DNA from: Ignavibacteriota bacterium
GTDB taxonomy: Bacteria > Bacteroidota > Ignavibacteria > UBA10030 > UBA6906
Direction: 5' to 3'
Assembly: GCA_963808715.1 (NCBI GenBank)
Contig: CAWEHG010000036.1
Location: forward strand, 8,391-72,390
Length of the DNA stretch: 64,000 nt
Position 1 is the first letter of the stretch, and each line of letters begins with the position of its first letter. This document shows, one piece after another, positions 30,513 through 40,765 of the stretch. Both the position numbers and the translations under genes were made by a program. The notes beneath the pieces were generated by a model. That model had not been told where the DNA came from, did not search any database, and was given only the letters and a program-made list of their open reading frames with translations.

Positions 30513-31436
30513 ATGAAGATCCTTATCACTGACGGCATCAGCCCGGACGGAGCAAAGATCCTGACCGACGCCGGGTACGAAGTGACCCAGAAGAAACTCA
30601 CCCGCCGAAGAACTGATCGCCACGATCCCCGGCTACGACAGCATCATCGTCCGTTCCGCCACCAAGGTGACCAGAGAGGTCATCGATGCCGGCAAGGAGC
30701 CTGAAGGTCATCGCCCGCGGCGGGGTCGGGGTGGACAACATCGACGTCCAAGACCGCCGCGGCGAGGGGGATCCCGGTCCTCAACACCCCCGCGGCCTCG
30801 GCGATCTCCGTCGCCGAACTCGCCCTCGGTCATATGCTGGCCCTCAGCCGGTTCCTGCACGTCAGCACGATGGAGATGCGGCAGGGCAAATGGCCGAAGA
30901 AGGAGTATTCCGCGGGGATCGAGCTCTACAAGAAGACGCTCGGCATCATGGGTCTGGGGAACATCGGCAAGGAGGTGGCCCGCCGCGCCCTCGGCTTCGG
31001 GATGAATGTGCTGGCCTACGATCCGCCGTTCGCGCCGATGGACTTCTTCGTCGAGATCACGACCAAGGAGAATGTGCTGAAGACCGCGGACTTCATCACG
31101 CTCCACATCCCCTTCGACAAGGCCGCCGGTCCCACGATCGGCCGGAAGGAGATCGACATGATGAAGAAGGGGATCATCATCGTCAACTGCGCGCGGGGCG
31201 GGGTGGTGGACGAGGTCGCCCTGCTCGAGGGACTCAACAGCGGCAAGGTGGGCGGCGCGGCGCTGGACGTTTTTGCCACCGAACCGCCGACCGAAGCCCA
31301 GAAGGCGCTCATCAACCATCCGCGCGTCAGCGTGTCGCCGCACATCGGCGGATCGACGGTGGAGGCGCAGGACCGTGTCGGCGCGGAGATCGCGCTCAAG
31401 GTGATCAAGGCGCTCGGAGGCGGGCACGCGGAATAA
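30513..31436 (+). CDS. D-isomer-specific 2-hydroxyacid dehydrogenase of the SerA (phosphoglycerate dehydrogenase) family, no ACT domain; about 3 frame changes in the 5' third
   Basis: MKILITDGISPDGAKILTDAGYEV.., ..SLKVIARGGVGVDNIDV.. ORF 30834..31436 contains ..LGIMGLGNIGKEVARRALGFGMNVLAYDP.., ..IVNCARGGVVDE.., ..AALDVFATEP.., ..SPHIGGST.. Confidence 0.75.
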
Positions 31437-31475
31437 CGGGCGGGGCTGGTCCTGCAGCGGAGTCACCAGGAGAGG

Positions 31476-32495
31476 TTGACGCGAGGGCGCATGGCGAATG
31501 CCGGTAAGACGGGGTCTCACACCTGCGTCGTCGTAGGTGCGGGGATCGCGGGACTGCTCGCGGCGAAGGAGCTGAAGGGGGCGGGATTCCAGGTCACGGT
31601 CCTCGAGAAAAGCCGCGGTGTCGGCGGCCGCCTGGCCACCCGCCGCATCGGCGAGGCGGTCTACGACCACGGCGTCCAGTACATCTCCGCGGCGAATCCC
31701 GAGACCAGGATCCTGCTCGCGGACTGGGAACAGCGCCAGGTCGTCACCCTCTGGTCGCACGGGTTCCCGGACCGGAAGGGTGACCTCTCCCCTCTCTCCG
31801 CGCCGCGCTACCGCGGGACCGCCGGCATGACCGGCGTGGCCAAGCATCTGGCATCCGGCCTGGACGTCCGGCTGGAACACAAGGTGGTCCGCCTGGAGAC
31901 CGAAGGAGGCCGGTGGAACCTCGTCCTCGAAAGCGGCGGACGGATCGACGCGGAGGTTCTTCTCCTGACCGCCCCCCTGCCGCAATCGATGGATCTCGTT
32001 CGCGGATCGCCGGCCGTCCCGGCGACCGGAAGCACCTGGGACTCGCTCTCGGCGATCCAGTACACCCCCTGCTTCGCCCTGCTCGTGCAGCTGGAGGGAT
32101 CCAGCGCCATCGGGACCCCCGGCGGCATCCACCTGGACGGTGAGCCGGTCCGCTGGGTGGCCGACAATTTCCGGAAGGGGATCTCCAGCGTGCTCGGGTC
32201 GGTGACGGTCCATGCGGGGCCCGGATTCAGCCGGGACCATTTCGACGATCCCCCCGACCGCGTGGTCAACATGCTGCTGGCCTCCGTCCGCGAACAGCTC
32301 GGCTCGCCGGTCGTCTCCGCCCAGCTCCACCGGTGGCGGTACAGCGAACCCACCGACAGCCACCAGCACGATGCGATCGTTCTTCACCAGGCGCCGCTCC
32401 TCGTCCTCGCGGGGGACGCGTTCGGCGGTCCCAGCGTTCCCGGCGCGGCCCGGTCGGGGCTTGCCGCGGCAAAGCTGATCCTCTCGGCAGTCTAA
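31476..32495 (+). CDS. NAD(P)/FAD-dependent oxidoreductase (amine-oxidase fold, COG3380/renalase-like)
   Basis: Intact ORF with the dinucleotide fold ..CVVVGAGIAGLLAAKELKGAGFQVTVLEKSRGVGGR.. The start could instead be ATG 31491. Confidence 0.6.
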   Translation: MTRGRMANAGKTGSHTCVVVGAGIAGLLAAKELKGAGFQVTVLEKSRGVGGRLATRRIGEAVYDHGVQYISAANPETRILLADWEQRQVVTLWSHGFPDRKGDLSPLSAPRYRGTAGMTGVAKHLASGLDVRLEHKVVRLETEGGRWNLVLESGGRIDAEVLLLTAPLPQSMDLVRGSPAVPATGSTWDSLSAIQYTPCFALLVQLEGSSAIGTPGGIHLDGEPVRWVADNFRKGISSVLGSVTVHAGPGFSRDHFDDPPDRVVNMLLASVREQLGSPVVSAQLHRWRYSEPTDSHQHDAIVLHQAPLLVLAGDAFGGPSVPGAARSGLAAAKLILSAV

Positions 32496-32513
32496 GAAAA
32501 AGGAATATGGTCC

Positions 32514-34736
32514 ATGAGATCCCACTGTGTCGCCATCGCGATGCTTCTCCCCTGTCTGCTCTTCGCCGCTCCCCCGGCATCATCCGTCACCACGATCTAC
32601 GTCTCCCCGAAGGGGATGGACCACTGGTCCGGCAGCCTGCCGGAGTCGAACCGCTCGGCCACCGACGGCCCCGTCGCCACGCTTGACCGCGCCTTCGCCC
32701 TCGCCCGGGAAAGCTCCGGTTCGGTGATGATCCAGTTGCGCGGTGGTGTCTACCCGCGTCCTCTGCTGGCGGCGGATTCCTGCGGTGGCACGTCCCTCCA
32801 TCCGTGGCGTGTGGGACCCTACCGGGGCGAAACGGTGATCCTGCGCGGAAGCACGCCGGTCACCGGCTGGGAACCGGTCAGCTCCGATGCCGTGCGCGAA
32901 CGGCTCCCTTCCGCGGCACGAGCGTTCGTTCTGGAGGTCGACCTGCGCAGGGAAGGGGTGGCGGTGATCCCCGAGTTGACCCAGCGCGGCGTCCCGCCGA
33001 TCGAACTGTTCTGCGACGGAAAACGTATGCCCCTTTCCCGGTATCCCGAAACCGGATGGTCACTCATCGCCGACGTTCCGCAGAGTGGCGACTCGCTGCT
33101 GCATGAAGGGCTCGCGCGCGAACGGAGGTTCGACAACGTGCCGGTCGGCAGGCACTACGGACGCATCACCTACCAGGGCGACCGCCCGTCGGCCTGGAAG
33201 AACACGGAAGAGCTCTGGCTGCACGGATACTGGACATGGGATTGGAGCGATTCCTACCAGAAGGTCGCTTCGATCGACCCGGCGAAGAACGAGATCACGA
33301 TCGCCCTCCCCCACCATGGCTACGGGTACACGAAGAACCAGCGGTACGCGTTCTATAACGTGCTGGAAGAGCTGGACCGTCCGGGCGAATGGGCGCTGGA
33401 CCGGAAGGCCGCGAAGATCTACTTCTGGCCCCCCACATCGCCGGCCCGGGTGACGGTCTCCGCGGGCGAAGGACCGCTCGTGCGCCTTCGCCATTGCGCG
33501 CACATCGTGATCAGCGGGATCACCTTCGAGGAGAACCGCGGAGGGGGGATCGTGCTGGAGCAGTGCGATTCCGTGGTCGTTGCGGGCTGCACATTCACCA
33601 GGCTCGGTGCCGACGCCGCCGTCATCCGCGGCGGGACCCGGAGCGGCCTCCAGAGCTGTGATATCTACGACGTCGCCATGGGGGGGATCCGGATCGAGGC
33701 CGGCGACCGCCAGACACTCACTCCGGGCGGGGATTTTTCGGTCAACAACCACATCCACCACTACAGCACCTGGCTCCGGACCGGACAGTACGGCGTCTGG
33801 CTCTGGGGTGTCGGGAACCGTCTGGCCAACACGCTCATCCACGACGCGCCGTTCGAGGCGATCTACGTGACGGGGAACGACCATCTGATCGAGTACAACG
33901 AGATCCACGACGTCTGCCGGGAATCGGGAGACGCCGGCGCCCTGCACACGGGACGCGACTGGACCTGGCGCGGGAACGTGATCCGGTACAACTACTGGCA
34001 CCACCTCCAGGGACCCGGGCTGCACGGGGTGATGGGGGTGTACCTCGATGACTGGGCGAGCGGTTTCACCGTCTACGGCAATCTCTTCTACCGCGCCGGG
34101 CGCGCCACGCTGGTGGGGGGCGGAAGGGACAACATCGTCCAGAACAATATCTACCTCGAATGCTCTCCTTCGATCCACCTCGACGCCCGCGGACTCGGAT
34201 GGGCCAGCTACTATTTCGAGGGGCCGAAGCAGTATCTCGTCGAAAAGCTGAACGCGGTCCCGTGGGACAAGCCGCCGTACAGCACCCGGTATCCGGAGCT
34301 GCTGAAGCTCTACCAGGACGAGCCGGCCCTTCCCAAGTACAACCGGATCGTCAACAACGTGTCACAGGGAGGGCGCTGGCTGGATGTCTACGACTACCCG
34401 GTCTTCGATCTTTCGGTGATGACCATCGGCGGGAACATGGTGGCCGACAGCGTCCTGTTCCGCCACCGCAACAGGGACCAGAAGGGGTGGGATCCCTACT
34501 ACCTGAACATCGACTGGGTGGAGGGGTTCACCAACCACACGAATCCCGACACCGGAGTTTCTGCGGAATTCCCCCGGGACGTTTTCATGGATCCGTCCAG
34601 GAAGCTGGTCATTCTGAAGGACGGCAAGCCCGCGCTGCCTGACCGGTCGCCGGCCTATGCGAAGGGTTTTGTGCGCATACCGTCGGAGAGGATCGGGCTC
34701 TACCGCGACAAATACCGTAAGGCCCTGCCAAAATAG
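32514..34736 (+). CDS. Secreted right-handed parallel beta-helix repeat protein (pectate-lyase fold), function unknown
   Basis: Intact 740-aa ORF with a signal peptide (MRSHCVAIAMLLPCLLFAAPPASS). It shows periodic G..I.(I/V)....NN.I-type repeats, for example ..GGGIVLEQCDSVVVAGCTF.., ..GGIRIEAGD.., ..NNHIHH.., ..NNIYLE.. Confidence 0.6.
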   Translation: MRSHCVAIAMLLPCLLFAAPPASSVTTIYVSPKGMDHWSGSLPESNRSATDGPVATLDRAFALARESSGSVMIQLRGGVYPRPLLAADSCGGTSLHPWRVGPYRGETVILRGSTPVTGWEPVSSDAVRERLPSAARAFVLEVDLRREGVAVIPELTQRGVPPIELFCDGKRMPLSRYPETGWSLIADVPQSGDSLLHEGLARERRFDNVPVGRHYGRITYQGDRPSAWKNTEELWLHGYWTWDWSDSYQKVASIDPAKNEITIALPHHGYGYTKNQRYAFYNVLEELDRPGEWALDRKAAKIYFWPPTSPARVTVSAGEGPLVRLRHCAHIVISGITFEENRGGGIVLEQCDSVVVAGCTFTRLGADAAVIRGGTRSGLQSCDIYDVAMGGIRIEAGDRQTLTPGGDFSVNNHIHHYSTWLRTGQYGVWLWGVGNRLANTLIHDAPFEAIYVTGNDHLIEYNEIHDVCRESGDAGALHTGRDWTWRGNVIRYNYWHHLQGPGLHGVMGVYLDDWASGFTVYGNLFYRAGRATLVGGGRDNIVQNNIYLECSPSIHLDARGLGWASYYFEGPKQYLVEKLNAVPWDKPPYSTRYPELLKLYQDEPALPKYNRIVNNVSQGGRWLDVYDYPVFDLSVMTIGGNMVADSVLFRHRNRDQKGWDPYYLNIDWVEGFTNHTNPDTGVSAEFPRDVFMDPSRKLVILKDGKPALPDRSPAYAKGFVRIPSERIGLYRDKYRKALPK

Positions 34737-34863
34737 CAGAGAGAACTCTCCACCCGCCCGCAAGAACGTCACCTATGAGCGGTCATGACGTGCCGAACGG
34801 CGCGTAGTTTCCGCAGCCGGGGCGGCTCCCACCCGCACTTTTCTGCAAAAGTGATACAAAACA

Positions 34864-34892
34864 CTTTACCGCGTACGTTTTGCAGCGTATAT
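34864..34892 (+). promoter_or_regulatory. Weak candidate sigma70-type promoter (TTTACC-N17-TATATT) upstream of the metalloprotease gene
   Basis: TTTACC is at 34864-34869 and TATATT at 34887-34892, about 68 nt before ATG 34960. An 8-bp inverted repeat, CTGCAAAA / TTTTGCAG (34842-34849 and 34877-34884), overlaps the -35 hexamer and spacer. Confidence 0.25.
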
Positions 34893-34959
34893 TCAAGGCG
34901 CGGCCCCCCATCCCTCCCCCGAGATCTCCTTTCAATGGCGACCCGGCCGCGCTCTTCGC

Positions 34960-37651
34960 ATGACGACACCGCGCACACATATCCGTAGAACCTTCACGCT
35001 CCTCTTTGCGTGGACCGCCGTAACGATCCCGCAGGCGGCGCTTGCCGGTCCCGGAACGCAGGGGTCCGCCTCAAGGAGCGGCAGCTCCCAGATCAATACT
35101 CCCGACCAACGTATCGATCGCGACGGAACGATCCGATCGCTGTACAACGTCCGTGACCGCGTGCGCACAGGGGTGCCGGAGCAGGCGGCCAGGGAGTTTC
35201 TGGCGGATCGTCAGCTCGCGCCTTCAGGATCGGGCGAGCTGGTCGCGACGGGGACCACGACCTCCGGTGCGGGGTATCACGTCCGTTTCGAGCAGTTCTT
35301 CGCCGGGCTTCCTGTTCACGGCGGGAGCATGACCGTCAGCATGACCCGCGGTCGCGAGGTCACGATGCTGGTGAACAACACTGTTTCGGCGATCCGTCTC
35401 TCGATGCCTGCCTCAGTGCTGGCGCCGGAGGAGGCGATGGAGCGCGCGCGCAGGGCGGTGAACGCCGACGGCAAGCCTGCCGGCGTGGAGGACGCTGCGC
35501 GGCTCATGGTGTACCGTGGTTCCGACGGGAAAGACCACGTCGCCTACCGCGTCACCGTCGTGCGTGCCAGTGGCAGTGCCAGTGGCCGCCAGTGGCGCCG
35601 CCACTGGCGACTGGGAGGTTTTTGTGGAAGCGTCAAGCGGCGCGGTGCTCGGCCTGCAGGATCAGTTCGTCCACTTCGGACCCACCGTCCGCGGTCACGG
35701 GTTCGCCTACCGGTCCGATCCGCTCAGCGCCGCCCGGCAGAAGTACGGGACGCCCGGATTCGCCGACCAGAACGACGCGGCGAACGATTCGCTCAACGCA
35801 TATCGCATCCTCGTGGATCTCGACTCCCTGGAGGTCCTGAACGGCTCGGTCTGGCTCCGCGGACCGTTCTGTGAGATCACCGACATCGAGTCTCCGACCG
35901 ATTCGACATACCGCGCAGAGGGTCCGGACGGGTTCTTCTTCGACCGGAGTCAGCCGGAGTTCGAAGCGGTGAACGCCTACTACCACGCGGGTCTCGTGGC
36001 CGCGCGGCTGCGCGAGCTGGGATTCGCCTTGCCGGCCCAGCGGCTCCGGATCGATCCCCATGGCTGTGGCGGCAGGGACGATTCCCATTACAGTCCCACC
36101 GGCCACTGGATCGCCTTCGGCACCGGCGGCGTGGACGACGCCGAGGACGCCGACGTGCTCTGGCACGAGATCGGCCACGCTCTCCAGTACTCGATGATCC
36201 CCGGCTGGGGCGGAGCGGAATGTGGCGCACTCGGCGAGGGGTTCGCGGACTACTGGGCGGCCTCCTACTCCCGTTCGCTGGGCGAGTGGCAGCCTTCGGA
36301 CCCTGAATACCACTGGCTCTTCAACTGGGACGGGCACAACCCGTTCTGGTCGGGGAGGATCACCAATGACGGACGGTCATACCCCTTCGGCAGCATGGGG
36401 ATCCACGACGCGGGGCAGGTCTGGAGCAGCGCGCTGGTCGGGATCCTGGGCGACCTCGGCCGCGAAGTGACGGACCGTCTGGTGCTGCACAGCTTCTCCT
36501 ACCTGGGACCCGGCATCACGGCCTCCGACAACGCGCAGGCCATCGTGCAGGCGGACCGCGACCTGTACGGCGGCCGGCACCTCCCGACCCTGCTCTACTG
36601 GCTCTCCACCCTGAAGGGGTTCATCCCCAGGACGGGCGAGCCCGGCATCCTCGTGATCAACGACGATCCGGTGGGGACCATGGCCCGGAAGAGCGAGAAA
36701 GGGGTCATCGACCCCGGCTGCATCTGCTCGGCGGTCACCATGCTTTCGGCGGTGGACGCCACCGCGGCCCAGCTGACGACATTCGCCTCGCTCGACACCT
36801 CCCGGCTTTCGGCCTTCTCGCTGGTGATCCTCTCGGGCGGCCTGAACCCGCGTCCGTTCGACGACCCGGTCAAACGCGCCGCGCTGGTCCGCTACGTGCA
36901 GAACGGCGGGCGGATCGTGGTGGAGGGGGGCGAAGTGGGGTATTTCTACCGGAAGGACGGGGAAGACCGCGACCCGGAGTTCCGGGAGAACGTGTTGCAT
37001 GCCGCATCGTTCGTGAGTGACGTGCCGGACGCCGACCTGCTCTGCGGCACCGGCGGGATGTTCGCCGAGCCCAACGTTCTCCCCGCAGCGATCCGTTTCG
37101 TGCCGCGCTCGGGCTTCGCCGACAGGGACGCGATGACCCCGGGAACCGGTCCGGGGACGATGGCGTTCGGCGGCTGGAGCGGGACCCCGACTGCGGCCGG
37201 GATCATCGCGCACGTGACGCCGGAACGGACGGTCAACACGGTGTTCCTCCCGTTCGCGGTCTCCTCCATCGGCGATTCGGCGGTGAGCGCGGCGCTGATC
37301 CAGAACGTGATCGCCTTCGTCTTCAGTTCGGTGGCGACAGGGGTGGAGGAGGCCGCTCCGGCCCCCTTCGGCTACGGGCTGGAGCAGAACTATCCCAACC
37401 CGTTCAATCCGACGACGACCATCACCTATGCCGTCGCGGGGGGTGGAAGCCAGCAGGCGGGCGCATCCAATGTGCGGCTGATCGTGTTCGATCTCCTCGG
37501 GCGCGAGGTGGCGACGCTGGTGAACGAGCGGAAGGCTCCGGGGAGATACGCGGTGCAGTTCACTGCGGAGGGACTTTCCAGCGGGACCTATCTGTACTGC
37601 CTCGAGGTCGGGGGCACGCGCCTCGTCCGCAAGATGATTCTCACGAAATAG
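34960..37651 (+). CDS. Secreted HExxH zinc metalloprotease with propeptide-like N-domain and T9SS C-terminal domain; frame change inside an internal repeat
   Basis: Signal peptide MTTPRTHIRRTFTLLFAWTAVTIPQAALA. The zinc site is ..DADVLWHEIGHALQYS.., with ..GEGFADYWA.. downstream. T9SS domain: ..LEQNYPNPFNPTTTITY..FDLLGREVATLVNE..GTYLYCLEVGGTRLVRKMILTK*. ORFs 34960..35874 and 35516..37651 join within 35566-35608. Confidence 0.75.
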
Positions 37652-37652
37652 C

Positions 37653-38430
37653 CTATCGTGATTCGAGGTCCAGGAGGAGCGACCGCACTTTCTTGAGGCG
37701 CGGCACGTCGCTCGCCACCTGCACCGGAAGCTGCGCCGCCCGGCGCAGCACCTCCACCGCCTCCTTCTCTCTTCCCCAGTCGACATAGAGGATGGCCAGC
37801 TCGTACTGGTGCCGCATCACCTGTGGCGCGAGCTCGATGGCTTTCTTGAGTGCGACTTCGCTCTCCGCGTATCCTCCGGGAGGGACGCTCCCCAGGAACA
37901 GTGCCGCGAGATTTTTCTTCACCCATCCGACGTTCCCGAGGGCGTGATAGAACGAACCGCGGATGGAGTAGACCACGTCGTCCTGAGGTTTGAGCAGCAG
38001 GGCCGTATCGGTCTGCGCCATGATCTCGCGCGACATCGAGACCTGGTCCCCCACGGGGGCGGTCAGCGCAAGGAATCCGATCGTCCCGGCCAGCCAGACC
38101 CTCGCCTCCGCGCATCCCGGGTCGGAGCGGACAGCCCGCCGGGCATACTGTTCCGCCTCGCGCAGCAGCGGCTCGTCCAGTCCTGATTCGGTGGCTTCGC
38201 TCTGGATGACGCGAAGGCGGGCCAGCCTCCACAGCACTTCGGCCTGGTCCGGCGCGACGGCGAGGGCCTGCCTGTAGGAAGCCAGGGCGGCGGAGTAGTC
38301 CAGGCGTTTGAACGCCGAATCCGCCGCGGCCATCGACGCCGAATGGCGACGCCGATGGCGACGCCGATGGCGATGCGCGCATTGGCGTTACGGAAACCTG
38401 GAGCATCGAGAGTAGTATGAGAAACATCAT
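37653..38430 (-). CDS. Secreted TPR-like repeat protein; 1 frame change after the signal peptide
   Basis: ORF 37653..38333 has a helical-repeat character (..YSAALASYRQALAVAPDQAEVLWRLA.., ..AIELAPQVMRHQYELAILYVDWGREKEAVEVLRRA..). The probable start is ATGATG at 38430 (MMFLILLSMLQVS..), joined across the 12-bp tandem repeat at 38345-38380. Confidence 0.6.
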
Positions 38431-38444
38431 GACCTGATCAGCTC

Positions 38445-39329
38445 CTATCGGGCGAAGAGGAGAGCAACTCCTCCCACGGCGATCACCGCGCCGGCGACCG
38501 CCCGCCAGTGCAACTCTTCTTTGTACAGGACCCGCACGATCGGCAGCATCATGATCGGGACCATGGCCATCAGCGTGGCCGCCACCCCGACGCTCGTATG
38601 TTTGACCGCCAGCAGGCTGAACGAGATCCCCAGGAACGGACCCACGACCGACCCCAGGATCATCTGGTAGGTTCCCTTCCGGTCCCGATCCATCAGTCCC
38701 AGCGGGTTCTCCCATCGTCGCGCGAGGATCAGCACGGGGAGCAGGAGCAGCAGCGAGGACTGGAGGCGCACCAGGGCCGCGACGAACCCGTTGATCTCAC
38801 CTTCCACGAAGGCCTGTTTCGCGAAGATGAGACCGACCCCCTGCCCCACCGCCCCCAGGAACGCGTAGAAAACCCCCGCACGGCTGAACTGGAACCTGGA
38901 CCCGTCGCGCTGCTCCAGGATCACCAGGGCGATGCCGCAGAGGGTAAGGAGGATGCCCAGGATGCCGGTGGCGGAAAGGTGTTCGCCGAGCATGAAATAC
39001 GCACCGATGGCGGCGATGGCCGGGGCGATCGACATCACCACCATGGTCAACCGGGCGCCGATGTACTGGTAGGCCTTGAAGAGGAAGCTGTCGCCGAGCG
39101 CCAGCCCGATGATGCCGCTGACGGCGAGGTTCAGGACCTGCGTGCGGGAGAGGTGGAACTCCAGGCCGAACAGGATGACCACCAGCCACAGGTAGAGGGT
39201 CGCGAGGATCAGCCGCGCGATATTGACCTGTGTCGACCCCAGGCGGCGGCTCGCGGAGGCAAAGGCGAGCGAGCTGACGGACCAGAGGGCCGCAGTGATC
39301 AGTGCGCTGATCTCTCCAAGGAAGGGCAT
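38445..39329 (-). CDS. DMT-superfamily (EamA-like) transporter
   Basis: Intact 294-aa ORF, very hydrophobic, with two similar halves of about 5 TM helices each, as is typical of EamA domains. Confidence 0.75.
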   Translation of the reverse strand: MPFLGEISALITAALWSVSSLAFASASRRLGSTQVNIARLILATLYLWLVVILFGLEFHLSRTQVLNLAVSGIIGLALGDSFLFKAYQYIGARLTMVVMSIAPAIAAIGAYFMLGEHLSATGILGILLTLCGIALVILEQRDGSRFQFSRAGVFYAFLGAVGQGVGLIFAKQAFVEGEINGFVAALVRLQSSLLLLLPVLILARRWENPLGLMDRDRKGTYQMILGSVVGPFLGISFSLLAVKHTSVGVAATLMAMVPIMMLPIVRVLYKEELHWRAVAGAVIAVGGVALLFAR

Positions 39330-39398
39330 CGGTTAATGTACGAAACCCTCCCCGGTCCTCCAAACATTTTCCCCTCACCCACAGGCAGCGCGGACTTC

Positions 39399-40731
39399 CT
39401 ACCGCTTCTTTTTCCTCCGGAGGAATTCGGCGATGATGTCCGTGAGCGTCGGCGTGGTGGTCTCTTCCAGCGAGTAGCTGACCCGCACGCTGGGCTGCTG
39501 GATCGTGATGACCCTGCGCAGGTCGATCGGCGTGCCGATCACCACCGTGTCGCACGGGATCCGCGCGATCGTCGTCTCGAGGTCCTTCATCTGCTTCTTC
39601 CCGTAGCCCATCGCCGGGAGCAGCGCACCCGGTGTTCGGGTATTTCCGGTAGGTCTCCGCGATCGACTCCACGGCGTAGGGGCGCGGCTCCACGATCTCG
39701 CTCGCGCCGAACTGGCGCGCGGCGATGACCCCGGCGCCGAAGGACATCTCGCCGTGCGTCAGCGTGGGGCCGTCCTCGATCACCAGCACCTTCTTCCCCC
39801 TGATAAGCGCCGCGTTTTCCACCGCGATCGGCGAGCGGGCCTCGACGATCCGGGCGCCGGGATTGATGCGGCGGACGTTCGCGATGACCGCGTCCACGTT
39901 GACCCGCTCGGCGGAGTCGACCTTGTTCACCACCACCACATCCGCCAGCCGGACGTTCGTTTCGCCGGGGTAATACGAGCTTTCGTGCCCCGGCCGGTGC
40001 GGGTCCACCACGGTGATCGTCAGGTCGGGGGCGTAGAACGGCATGTCGTTGTTCCCGCCGTCCCACACGATCACATCGGCTTCCTTCTCGGCCTGCCGGA
40101 TGATGGCTTCGTAGTCCACGCCCGCGTAGATGATCGTCCCCTCAACGATGTGCGGCTCGTACTCCTCCATCTCCTCCACCGTGCACTTGTGGCGCACCAG
40201 GTCCTCGATGCTGGCGTACCGCTGCACCTTCTGCGCGACCAGGTCTCCGTACGGCATGGGGTGGCGGATGGCCACGACCTTTTTCCCCTGCGCCCGCAGC
40301 AGGCTGCAGACCTTGCGGGAGGTCTGGCTCTTGCCGGCCCCGGTGCGGACGGCGACCACCGCGATCACCGGCTTTGTCGAGCGGATCATGGTCTTCTCCG
40401 CGCCGAGCACGGTGAAGCTGGCCCCCAGCGACATGACCAGCGAGGCCTTGGACATCACGTAGTTGTACGAAACGTCGGAGTACGAAAAGACCACCTCGTC
40501 CACGTTGAGCTTCTTGATCAATTTCGCGAGATCGGCCTCGGGGTAGATCGGGATCCCTTTCGGATAGAGCGGGCCGGCCAGTTTGGCCGGGTATTTCCGT
40601 CCGTCGATGTTCGGGATCTGCGTGGCGGTGAAGGCCACCACCTGGTGGCTACGGTTCTTCCGGTACACCGTATTGAAGTTGTGGAAGTCCCTGCCGGCGG
40701 CTCCCATGATCAGAACGCGTGTTTTCGGCAT
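39399..40731 (-). CDS. COG2403-type P-loop protein (predicted GTPase / cyclic-2,3-diphosphoglycerate-synthetase-like); 1 frame change
   Basis: MPKTRVLIMGAAGRDFHNFN.., ..VAVRTGAGKSQTS.., ..IRHPMPYGDL.. The tail, ORF 39399..39611 (MGYGKKQMKDLETTIARIPCDTVVIGTPIDL..), joins near ~39615. I recall this family as being commonly adjacent to argF/arcC. Confidence 0.6.
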
Positions 40732-40765
40732 ACAACCTTTCTCCCTGGTGACTGCTCGTGTGATG

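Noticed and set aside
30708-32525. Very long ORFs lie antisense or out of frame to recognised genes. Examples are 30708..32525-, 56030..58000-, 59413..61266-, 36377..37786-, 45737..46873-, 2158..3267-, 1332..2249-, 11599..12840+, 40831..41739+ and 17954..19051's N-terminal extension.
   Set aside because: They are R/G/P/A/H-rich with no motifs, and they overlap genes with clear family signatures on the other strand or frame. Such stop-free shadow frames are expected at this GC content.
35566-35608. I considered the short tandem or inverted repeats here, and at 38345-38380, 48935-48988 and 21358-21384, as possible CRISPR or other interspersed-repeat arrays.
   Set aside because: The units are 9-18 bp and directly adjacent, with no spacers. 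There are at most 3-4 copies, they lie inside coding regions, and there are no cas genes.
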